The position numbers and the translations under genes are program-made. Below the pieces are notes generated by a model. The model saw only the letters and a program-made list of their open reading frames with translations. It made no database searches and was not told where the DNA came from. From NCBI GenBank assembly GCA_964347635.1, contig CAYFZI010000001.1, forward strand, positions 29,322 through 93,321: 64,000 bases of DNA, written 5' to 3'. This DNA is from an uncultured Dehalococcoidia bacterium (GTDB lineage Bacteria > Chloroflexota > Dehalococcoidia > Bin125). Within the stretch, counting starts at the first letter, position 1. Every line of letters begins with the position of its first letter. Of this stretch, positions 1 through 9,489 are shown piece by piece.

Positions 1-1488
<1,488 letters not shown>

Positions 1489-2901
1489 TTAGAGCCGCAG
1501 CCGCGAGCGGATGTCGGAGACGACGCGCTGGGTCTCGGCCTTCGGCGGTTTGCCGCGGCTGGGGTCGCCCTCGAGCTCGCCGAGAATTTTGCGGTAGCCG
1601 TGCAGGATCGTGGTGTGGTCGCGGTCGCCGAAGTGCGCGCCGATCTCCTTGTAGGAGAGGCCGGTGTGTTCGCGGGCCAGGTACATCGCCAGGTGCCGCG
1701 CGCGCGCCGCGCGCTGGTCCTTGCGCTTGGTTGTGAAGACTTCGGGCGGCACGCCGGCCGCCTCGCAGGTGGCGCTGATGATTTCGCCGATCGTCGGCGG
1801 AGCCCGCTCGGCGTCCTCGAAGCGGTAGCCCTCGAGCGAGCGCAGCGCCAGGGCGGACGTGACCGGTGCGCCTTCGATGTCGGCGAAGAGCTGCACGTGG
1901 CTGAGCACGCCTTCGAGCTCGCGCACGTTGTGCGAGGCGCGCTGTGCGAGCAGCCGCAGCACATCATCGCCGATCTGCAGGCCGCGCTCGATGCACTTCT
2001 GGCGCAGGATCGCGAGCCGCAGCTCAAGGTCGGGCTTGCTGATCTCGACGACCAGGCCCCACTCGAAGCGCGTCACAAGGCGTTCGGGCAGCCCGCGCAG
2101 CCGGCGCGGCGGCGTGTCGCTGCTCAACACGATCTGCTTGTCGGCCATATGCAGCGCGTTGAAGACGTTGAAGAACTCGTCCTGCGTGCGCTCTTTGCCG
2201 GCCAGCTCCTGGACGTCGTCCACGATCAGCACGTCGGCCTGCTCGTATTTGTTCTGGAAGTCGGTGCGGTTGCCGGTGCGCACCGCCTCGACATACTCGC
2301 GGACGTAGGCCTCGGTCGAGATGCAGTAGGTCTGTGCGCTGCGCAGCGTGATGTGCGCGACGCCCTGCAGCAGGTGCGTCTTGCCGAGGCCCGAATCGGC
2401 GTGGATGAAGAGCGGGTTGTGCGAACGCCCGGGGCGCTCGGCGACGGCCGAGGCTGCTGCATAAGCGATCTGATTGGAGGGGCCGACGACAAAGCTGTCG
2501 AGCGTGTAGGAACGTTTGAGCACGGGCCGGGTGCGGGCCGCACTGGGCAGCAGCGGCGCGTTTTCGCCGCCGACGCCCAGCGTGGCCTCGGGCGCTTCCC
2601 CGGTGTGCGGGCCGGGATCGACGATCACATTGACCTCGATCCGCCGCCCGGCCGCTTCTTCGACGGCGATCGCGATCGTCGAGTAGTAGTTCGAGAGCAG
2701 CGCTTCGCGCTTGTAGACGTTGTCCACGCTGACGATCAGCTTGCCGGAGCGCATCTCGACGGCGCGGGTGCGGGCGAACCAAGTGTCGTAGGTGTTGTTC
2801 GGCAGCGTGCTGCGCAGCTGCACGAGCGCGCGGCGCCAGATCTCTGCGGCGCCGGCCGGCTGCGGCGCGTTTTGAAACGACCGCGCCTCCCGTGAACTCA
2901 T
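1489..2901 (-). CDS. dnaA: Chromosomal replication initiator DnaA
   Basis: Carries the AAA+ Walker A (HADSGLGKTHLLQGV), VLIVDDVQELAGKERTQDEFFNVFN, and a C-terminal DNA-binding helix-turn-helix (KRKDQRAARARHLAMYLAREHTGLSYKEIGAHFGDRDHTTILHGYRKI). Start chosen at the internal ATG (MSSREARSF) preceded by GGAGGGG. An upstream ATG at 2943 is also possible. Confidence 0.93.
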   Translation of the reverse strand: MSSREARSFQNAPQPAGAAEIWRRALVQLRSTLPNNTYDTWFARTRAVEMRSGKLIVSVDNVYKREALLSNYYSTIAIAVEEAAGRRIEVNVIVDPGPHTGEAPEATLGVGGENAPLLPSAARTRPVLKRSYTLDSFVVGPSNQIAYAAASAVAERPGRSHNPLFIHADSGLGKTHLLQGVAHITLRSAQTYCISTEAYVREYVEAVRTGNRTDFQNKYEQADVLIVDDVQELAGKERTQDEFFNVFNALHMADKQIVLSSDTPPRRLRGLPERLVTRFEWGLVVEISKPDLELRLAILRQKCIERGLQIGDDVLRLLAQRASHNVRELEGVLSHVQLFADIEGAPVTSALALRSLEGYRFEDAERAPPTIGEIISATCEAAGVPPEVFTTKRKDQRAARARHLAMYLAREHTGLSYKEIGAHFGDRDHTTILHGYRKILGELEGDPSRGKPPKAETQRVVSDIRSRLRL

Positions 2902-3096
2902 CGCCCCTCCCCCCTCCCCGCGTTCCTGGCCAAGCGCTGGCACTGTGAGGGTCGACAGCGCGGCTGAGCGACCGTTGGATCAGTGCGAGGCGCCCCCTGA
3001 AGCGGGCGCGTTTGAACGTATCAATGCGCCTGGCGGGAGGCAACGCAAAGCGACAATAAGGCGCCTGACCAGATAGACATCCAATCTCTCCACGAG

Positions 3097-3105
3097 TTAT
3101 CCACT
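3097..3105. promoter_or_regulatory. DnaA box TTATCCACT (8/9 to the E. coli-type consensus) in the dnaA/coaX divergent promoter region, followed by TTGACA at 3111-3116
   Basis: Read directly. A box in this position is typical of dnaA autoregulation. Confidence 0.4.
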
Positions 3106-3170
3106 ACTTGTTGACACTGCGTGCGCTGCGCAGCGCGTGTAGCCTGCCGCTCTATGAAGGGCGGCCCGCC

Positions 3171-3947
3171 ATGCTGCTCGCGATCGACATCGGCAACACC
3201 ACGCTGCAAGTCGGCATCTATGCCGACCGCCGGCTCGGGCCCACCTGGCGGCTCGCCACCGACCACGGGCGGCTGGCCGACGAATACGGCATCCTGGTCG
3301 TCTCGCTGCTGCGCGCGGAGGGGATCAATCCGCGCGAGATCGACGGGGCGATCATCTCCAGCGTCGTGCCTGAGCTTTCGGGCGTCTTCCGTGATGTCGT
3401 GCGGCGCTTCCTCAAGGTCGATCCGCTCTTCGTCAGCAGCCACATGCGCAAGCCGCTGCGGATCGGCATCGAGCACGCCGAGGAGCTGGGCGCGGATCGC
3501 ATCGCCGACGCGGTCGGCGCGATGGCGCGCCACGCGCCGCCGCCGCTGATCGTGGTCGATTTCGGCACCGCGACGGTGTTCGACGCGATCAACGAGCGCG
3601 GCGTCTACGTGGGCGGCGCGATCAGCCCCGGGATCGGGATCTCCACCGATGCGCTGTTCGACCGCGCCTCGCGGCTGGCGCGGATCGATCTCGAGCGCCC
3701 CCCGAGCGCGATCGGCACGCGCACCGAGACGGCGGTGCAATCGGGCATCCTGTTCGGCTACGTGGGGCTTGTGGAGGGCATCATCGCGCGGTTTCAGGCG
3801 GAGCTGGGCGAGGCCAAAGTGGTGGCCACGGGCGGCTGGGCCAAGCGGATCGCGCGCGAGACGCCGGCGCTCGACACGGTCGATGAAGACCTGATCCTGC
3901 ACGGGCTGCGCGAGCTCTACTACCTCAACGCCGAAGGTACGCCGTGA
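3171..3947 (+). CDS. coaX: Type III pantothenate kinase
   Basis: N-terminus MLLAIDIGNTTLQVG and the overall CoaX/Bvg accessory factor fold (PLIVVDFGTATVFDAI, ISPGIGIS). ATG at 3171 is in frame with the track ORF. Confidence 0.9.
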   Translation: MLLAIDIGNTTLQVGIYADRRLGPTWRLATDHGRLADEYGILVVSLLRAEGINPREIDGAIISSVVPELSGVFRDVVRRFLKVDPLFVSSHMRKPLRIGIEHAEELGADRIADAVGAMARHAPPPLIVVDFGTATVFDAINERGVYVGGAISPGIGISTDALFDRASRLARIDLERPPSAIGTRTETAVQSGILFGYVGLVEGIIARFQAELGEAKVVATGGWAKRIARETPALDTVDEDLILHGLRELYYLNAEGTP

Positions 3948-5182
3948 GCGCCGCCGCACCGCGCCCGCTGGCCGGGCGGCGCGTCGTGCTCGGTGTGACA
4001 GGCTCGATTTCGGCCTACAAAGCGGTCGAGCTGGCCCGCCGGCTCGAGGACGCCGGCGCGATCGTCGATGTCGCGCTGACGCCGTCTGCGGCCCGCTTCA
4101 TCCCCGCGCTGACGTTCCGCAGCCTGGTGCAGGGCGAAGTCGCCGCGGATCTCTGGGACCCGGCGGCGCCCGCGGAGCAGCACGTCGCGATGGGCCGCCG
4201 CGCCGACGCGGTGGTTGTCGCGCCGGCCTCGGCCACGACGCTGGCCAAGCTGGCGCAAGGGATCGGCGACAACGCCGTCACGCTGACGGCGCTGGCCAGC
4301 GCTGCGCCGTTGATCGCCGCGCCGGCGATGGATCAGGTGATGTACGGCCAGCCTGCGGTGCAGGCCAATCTGGAGCAGCTCAAGGCGCGCGGCGTGCTGC
4401 TGGCCGGCCCGGCCGAGGGGCGGCTCGCCAGCGGCGCGCGCGGGCTGGGGCGGCTGCTGGAGCCGCCGGAGCTGGCCGGTGCGGTCCGCTCGGCGATCGG
4501 CCGCCGCAGCGGGCCGATGCGCGGCCGGCACGTGATCGTGACGGCCGGCGGCACCCGCGAGCCGATCGACCCAGTGCGCTTCGTGGGCAACCGCTCGAGC
4601 GGCAAGATGGGCTTCGCGCTGGCCGAGGCGGCGCGCGACCGCGGGGCCGTGGTCACGCTGGTGACCACGCAGCCGCCGCCGCCCGGTCTCTTCGGCGTCG
4701 TGCTGCGGCGCGTCGAGACGGCGGTCGAGATGCAGGCCGAGATCGTCAAGGCCGCGCCCGGCGCCGACGCGCTGGTGATGGCCGCGGCGGTCGCCGACTA
4801 CCGCCCCGCCGAAGCCGCCGCGGAGAAGCTCAAAAAGACCGCCGCCGGCGGCAGCACACGCTCGCTCGAGCTCGTCGAGAACCCCGATGTCGTGGCCGGC
4901 ATCGAGGGCTCGCTGCTGAAGATCGGCTTCGCTGCGGAAACTGAGGACCTGCTCGAAAACGCCGCCGCCAAGATCGAAAAGAAGGGCCTGCGCTTCATCG
5001 CCGCCAACGATGTCTCCCAAGCGGACGCCGGCTTCGCCGTCGACACCAACCGCGTCGTGCTGCTCGACGGCGCCGGCGGGATCGAGCGGCTGCCGCTGCT
5101 GCACAAGTACGACGTCGCGGCGGCGATCTACGACCGCCTGGTGCGCGAGCCGGGCTGGCGCCGCGCTGCGCCGCCGCTGTAA
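3944..5182 (+). CDS. coaBC: Bifunctional phosphopantothenoylcysteine decarboxylase / phosphopantothenate-cysteine ligase
   Basis: N-terminal flavoprotein domain (VVLGVTGSISAYKAVELARRL) and C-terminal DFP/CoaB domain (HVIVTAGGTREPIDPVRFVGNRSSGKMG). It overlaps the coaX stop in a GTGA arrangement, indicating translational coupling. Confidence 0.92.
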   Translation: MSAAAPRPLAGRRVVLGVTGSISAYKAVELARRLEDAGAIVDVALTPSAARFIPALTFRSLVQGEVAADLWDPAAPAEQHVAMGRRADAVVVAPASATTLAKLAQGIGDNAVTLTALASAAPLIAAPAMDQVMYGQPAVQANLEQLKARGVLLAGPAEGRLASGARGLGRLLEPPELAGAVRSAIGRRSGPMRGRHVIVTAGGTREPIDPVRFVGNRSSGKMGFALAEAARDRGAVVTLVTTQPPPPGLFGVVLRRVETAVEMQAEIVKAAPGADALVMAAAVADYRPAEAAAEKLKKTAAGGSTRSLELVENPDVVAGIEGSLLKIGFAAETEDLLENAAAKIEKKGLRFIAANDVSQADAGFAVDTNRVVLLDGAGGIERLPLLHKYDVAAAIYDRLVREPGWRRAAPPL

Positions 5183-5373
5183 CGCCGCGGGCCGCGCCTG
5201 GCGCTTGGGCCCGTTCGCATTCAGCCGAGCGGGCCGCAGCGGATGTCAGCGTTGCGGAGGCCCGTGCGAACGCCCCTCTGCCCCTCCCCGCTTGCGGGAG
5301 GAGCGGCCGCGCAACGGCTGAGGAGGTTCCGCCGCCCCTGCCCCGATCCTGCCCTGATGAGGCAGCCTGCCCG

Positions 5374-5715
5374 CTACAAGTCCGCCATCAAGTCCTCTTT
5401 GAGCGGCTTCTTGCCTTCGGGCAGCGTGAAGAAGTTGCAGAAGCAGGTGCCCTCGAAGTCGACCAGGCCGTTGATGACGGGCTCGCAGACGCAGATCGTG
5501 TCGTCGTTGTTGGCCGGCTGGCAGGGGCAGTAGAACTTGCCGAAGCGCAGCCGCATCGAGACGAAGTCCTCGATCGTCTGGTCCCCGTTCATCAGGATGT
5601 AGCCGCGCTCCTCGCAGAAGCGGTCGGCCAGCTCGCGCATCTCTGCGCGGTACCGGCCGCGCAGGCGCGCCTCTTCTTCGGGCGGCAGGTCCGTGATCTG
5701 CTCTTCGGCGCTCAT
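5374..5715 (-). CDS. Ferredoxin:thioredoxin reductase catalytic-subunit-like protein (variant CPC/CVC/CFC motif)
   Basis: Protein MSAEEQITDL...FYCPCQPANNDDTICVCEPVINGLVDFEGTCFCNFF has three CxC pairs with FtrC-like spacing, but CFC replaces the canonical CHC. ATG at 5713-5715 with GGAGG upstream. It overlaps the pepA start by 4 bp (ATGA). Confidence 0.65.
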   Translation of the reverse strand: MSAEEQITDLPPEEEARLRGRYRAEMRELADRFCEERGYILMNGDQTIEDFVSMRLRFGKFYCPCQPANNDDTICVCEPVINGLVDFEGTCFCNFFTLPEGKKPLKEDLMADL

Positions 5716-7223
5716 GCTCCATCCTCCTCTGCTCGAGCCTGTGCGAAGCGCACCAGCGAGCGCACGGGGATGCCCGTTGCGCCTTTGACAAACACGCCGC
5801 GCGTCTGGCTGGCGTCGTCGGTGCCGGCCATGTCGAGGTGCGCCCAAGGCGTGCCGCCGGCGAACTTGGCCAGGAACTTGGCCGCCGTGATCGCGCCGGC
5901 CAGGCGGCCGCCGGTGTTCTTGACATCGGCGACCTGGCTGCGGATCTGTTCGTCGTACTCGCTGAACATCGGCAGCTGCCAGAATTTTTCGCCCGCCGCT
6001 TTGCCCGCCTCGATCACCTCCTGCGCCAGGCCGTCGTCGTTGGCCATCACGCCGGTCGCGACGTCGCCGAGCGCGACGGCGCAGGCGCCGGTCAGCGTGG
6101 CCACATCGATTAGCGGCGAGAGGCCGAGGTGGTTGGCGTAGGAGAGCGCGTCGGCGAGCACGAGGCGGCCTTCGGCGTCGGTGTTGATCACCTCGATCGT
6201 GGTGCCGTTCATCGCCGTCAGAAGGTCGCCGGGCTTGATCGCGGCGCCGCCCGGCATGTTTTCGGTGCAGGGCGCGAGCGCGGTCACGTTGAGCGGCAGG
6301 TTGAGGTCGGCGATCGCGCCCATCGCGGCGACAACCGCGGCGGCGCCGCTCATGTCCTGCTTCATCGCCTCCATATTGGCGGCCGGCTTAATCGAGATCC
6401 CGCCGGTGTCGAAGGTGATGCCCTTGCCGCAGTAGCCGATGCCCGGCTGATCGCCGCCGCCGCGGTGGCGCAGCACGAGGAAGCGGGCCGGCTGGTGCGA
6501 GCCGGCGGCGACGCCGAGGAACGAGCCCATGCCCAGCTCGCGGGCGGCGGCCTCATCGAGGATTTCGATCTCGACGCCGTGCCCGCCGGCCCAGGCTTCG
6601 GCGCGGGCGGCCAGCTCCGTTGGCGTCAGCAGGTTGCTCGGTTCGTTGGCGAGATCGCGGGCGAAGTTGGCCGCTCCGGCCAACGCGCGCCCCTGCGCAA
6701 CGCCGCGCGCCAGCGCCGCCGGCTCGCTGCCGTAGAGCACCGCCGCGCTGAGGCTGTTCGGCGCCTTGTCCGGCGCTCCGCCCGGCGTCTTGTGCCGGTC
6801 GAAGCGGTAGAGGCCCAGCTCGAGGCCTTCGGCGATCGCCGAGCCGAGCTGTTCGCGGGTCCAGCCGCAGCCTTCGCCGTCGACCGCGACGCCGAGCGTG
6901 CCGCCGGCGATCGCGCGGGCGCGCCGCGCCGCCCGCGCCGCCGCGTTGCGCACGTCGTCGAGCTCTGCCTGCTCGGGCGCGCCGATCCCGGCGAGCACGA
7001 CGCGCCCGGCCGGGATTCGGCCGAACGTGTGCAGCAGCACGGTCTCGCTGCGCGCGCCGCTGAGCTCGCCGCAGTCGGCCAGCGGAGCCAGCCCGCCGTC
7101 CAGCGCGTCGTTCAGCGCGCCCGCCGTGCCGCTCGTGATCAGCTCGCCGCCCTTGGTAGTGAAGACGATGAGGTGATCGAGCTCGGCCTCAAGCGGCGCC
7201 GCGCCGCTGGTGGTGATGTCCAT
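5712..7223 (-). CDS. pepA: Leucyl aminopeptidase (M17 family)
   Basis: M17 signature NTDAEGRLVLADAL and the GKGITFDTGGISIKP and MKQDMSGAA motifs are present. Confidence 0.93.
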   Translation of the reverse strand: MDITTSGAAPLEAELDHLIVFTTKGGELITSGTAGALNDALDGGLAPLADCGELSGARSETVLLHTFGRIPAGRVVLAGIGAPEQAELDDVRNAAARAARRARAIAGGTLGVAVDGEGCGWTREQLGSAIAEGLELGLYRFDRHKTPGGAPDKAPNSLSAAVLYGSEPAALARGVAQGRALAGAANFARDLANEPSNLLTPTELAARAEAWAGGHGVEIEILDEAAARELGMGSFLGVAAGSHQPARFLVLRHRGGGDQPGIGYCGKGITFDTGGISIKPAANMEAMKQDMSGAAAVVAAMGAIADLNLPLNVTALAPCTENMPGGAAIKPGDLLTAMNGTTIEVINTDAEGRLVLADALSYANHLGLSPLIDVATLTGACAVALGDVATGVMANDDGLAQEVIEAGKAAGEKFWQLPMFSEYDEQIRSQVADVKNTGGRLAGAITAAKFLAKFAGGTPWAHLDMAGTDDASQTRGVFVKGATGIPVRSLVRFAQARAEEDGA

Positions 7224-7301
7224 ATCGTCCGTCTCGTTCTAGCGCCTGAGGCGTGAATGCGCTGACGATGGTACAGCGCGCGCGCTCGGTACTGTGCAGG
7301 G

Positions 7302-8177
7302 ATGATGCTGCGCCGGCTGTGCGCGAACCGTTGGGCGGCGCTGCCGGCCGGCCGCCGCGAGTTTCTGCGCGAGCTCGCCCTCGCGGCTGCGGCGGCGCTG
7401 CTCTATTTCCTCGTGCGCGGCGCGGTGCAGGGCCGCGCCGATGAGGCCTTCGCGCGCGCGCGCGGCCTGCTCGAGCTCGAGCAGGCGCTGGGGCTCGCCT
7501 GGGAAGCGGCGGTTCAGGAGGCGGCGCTGAGCGCCAACGCGCTGGTCGACCTGGCCAACGGCGTCTACTTCTGGGGCCACATGCCGCTGCTGATCGCGCT
7601 CGCGCTCTGGCTCTGGGTGCGCTCTCGGCCGGTCTGGCGCTGGCTGCGCGCGGCGGTGCTGGCCTCCGCGTTGATCGGGATCGCCTGCTACGCCCTCTGG
7701 CCGACCGCGCCGCCGCGGTTGATGCCCGAGCTGGGCTATATCGACACGCTGGCCTGGCGCGCGTCGGCCTCCTACCAGGCGCAGGAAGTCGGCCCGTTCG
7801 TCAATCCCTACGCGGCGCTGCCCAGCCTGCATGTCGGTTGGGCGCTGCTGGCCGGCTGCGCCTGCTGGCGCGCCGCGCCGTGGCGGCGCGGCGCCCCCCC
7901 CGCGGCCGGGCGGGTGCGGGCAGTGCTGGGTGCCCCCGCGCAAATCTGGGCGGTGCTGGCGACCGCCAACCACTGGCTGCTGGATGCGGCCGCCGGCGCC
8001 GCGGCGGCCGCGCTGGCGGCGCTGCTCGTTTGGCTGCTGCGGTCCGCGCCGCGCCTGCGGGCTACCATTGCCGCCCGCGCCGCCGGGCGGCCGCGCCCAA
8101 CCGTGCGCCGCTGGATGCTTGGAGATAGAGATGCAGATCGTCACGACGCAGTCGGTGCCGGGCCGCGAGATCGATGA
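7302..8177 (+). CDS. PAP2-family membrane phosphatase-like protein
   Basis: Several TM helices plus PAP2-like PSLHVGWAL and NHWLLD motifs. The C-terminal ~40 aa are Arg/Ala-rich and overlap the next gene, so the true end is uncertain. Confidence 0.55.
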   Translation: MMLRRLCANRWAALPAGRREFLRELALAAAAALLYFLVRGAVQGRADEAFARARGLLELEQALGLAWEAAVQEAALSANALVDLANGVYFWGHMPLLIALALWLWVRSRPVWRWLRAAVLASALIGIACYALWPTAPPRLMPELGYIDTLAWRASASYQAQEVGPFVNPYAALPSLHVGWALLAGCACWRAAPWRRGAPPAAGRVRAVLGAPAQIWAVLATANHWLLDAAAGAAAAALAALLVWLLRSAPRLRATIAARAAGRPRPTVRRWMLGDRDADRHDAVGAGPRDR

Positions 8178-8460
8178 GTCGCTCGGCCTGGTCGTCGCCA
8201 ACACCGTGCGGGCGCGGAATATCGGGCGCGATATTCTGGCCGGCCTCAAGGGACTGGTCGGCGGCGAGATCGGCGCCTACCGCCAGCTGATGATCGAGGC
8301 GCGCGAGCAGGCCCTAGCCGAGCTGGAGCAGGAAGCGGCCGCGCGTGGCGCGGACGCGGTCGTCGCCGCCCGCCTGATGACCTCCAACATCGCCGACTAC
8401 GTGGCCGAGGTCTACATCTACGGCACGGCCGTCACGCTCAAGGACAAGGCCGGCGACTAG
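8131..8460 (+). CDS. UPF0145/YbjQ-family protein
   Basis: MQIVTTQSVPGREIDESLGLVVANTVRARNIGRDILAGLKGLVGGEIGAYRQLMIEAREQALAELEQEAAARGADAVV... matches the YbjQ_1 domain. ATG at 8131 with GGAG upstream. Confidence 0.8.
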   Translation: MQIVTTQSVPGREIDESLGLVVANTVRARNIGRDILAGLKGLVGGEIGAYRQLMIEAREQALAELEQEAAARGADAVVAARLMTSNIADYVAEVYIYGTAVTLKDKAGD

Positions 8461-8508
8461 GGCCTATTCACGTTCGCGGGCAGCCCGGCGCTCAATCTCC
8501 GCCGCCGC

Positions 8509-8847
8509 TCAGTTGTGATGCTGGAAGATCGGCAGCGGCGCGAGCGGGGCGTAGATCTCCACGCTCAGTTCGTAGACCTGGTTGGCCCAGCTCTCCCAAT
8601 CGCGGCGCGCCAGCTGCGCCTCCTTGGACGACAGCGCGGGCTGCACGGCCGACTCGCTTTCGAATGTGTAGCCCATCAGATGGCTGCCTGCGATCGGGTC
8701 GCGGCCGCGCACCCGGAAGGCCGAGACGATGCCGGGGATTTCAAGCACATGCGGCAGATGCGTCTGGCGGTGCCAGGCTTCGAACTCGTCCAGCACGCCG
8801 GGGTCGAGGCGGGCGCGCACGATCATGATCGGGTGTGTCTGTATCAC
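8509..8847 (-). CDS. Hypothetical protein (112 aa; possibly an alpha+beta barrel stress-responsive fold)
   Basis: Clean ORF with non-artefactual composition. I recognise no confident family. Confidence 0.45.
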   Translation of the reverse strand: MIQTHPIMIVRARLDPGVLDEFEAWHRQTHLPHVLEIPGIVSAFRVRGRDPIAGSHLMGYTFESESAVQPALSSKEAQLARRDWESWANQVYELSVEIYAPLAPLPIFQHHN

Positions 8848-9038
8848 TGCGGCTCACCAGCTTCCGGCGCTTGATCCGTGCGCCGCTGCCGCCTCAGTGT
8901 CCCACGTTGCGCAAGATCGTTCGAGCCGCCCGCCCCTGTGCGGGCGGGCTGTGGTACATTCGCAGCGTTCAAGCGGCGCCGATAGGGTGAGTCAGGACGG
9001 CTCCCCGGCCACGGTGCAGCACTCGTAGAGACGCACGG

Positions 9039-9305
9039 ATGCTGAGCACGGAAGAAAAAGCCGCTCTCGCGCGCGAACACGGCCGCCACGAGCACGACAC
9101 CGGCTCGCCCGAGGTGCAAGTCGCACAGCTGACCGAGCGGATCACCAGGCTCACGGCGCATCTGCGGGAACACCGGCACGACTACGCCACGCGGCGGGCG
9201 CTGATGAAGCTGGTCGGCCGGCGCCGGCGCCAGCTCGCCTACCTGAACCGCGAGGACGTAGATCGCTACCGCGCGCTGATCGCCGCGCTGGGGCTGCGCC
9301 GCTAA
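9039..9305 (+). CDS. rpsO: 30S ribosomal protein S15
   Basis: [69 protein letters not shown] is a clear S15. Confidence 0.97.
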   Translation: MLSTEEKAALAREHGRHEHDTGSPEVQVAQLTERITRLTAHLREHRHDYATRRALMKLVGRRRRQLAYLNREDVDRYRALIAALGLRR

Positions 9306-9489
9306 GCCGCGCGCCGCGGCCGCCGCACGGCCGCGCGGGCAGGGATGAGAGACATCGACCCCGACACAGCATTGGGTCGCAGACAGCGCCGCGGGTCTGC
9401 CCCGCCGCCGCGCAGGGTTCGCAGCATTGCGCAGCCAGGCGCGCCGGCGCGCCCCGCGCCGCGCGGCATGAAGAGCATGAGGAGCAGGA

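Noticed and set aside
3020-5104. Minus-strand ORFs 3021-3959 and 3920-5104 overlapping coaX and coaBC
   Set aside because: They are antisense artefacts. The plus-strand frames carry canonical CoaX and Dfp motifs.
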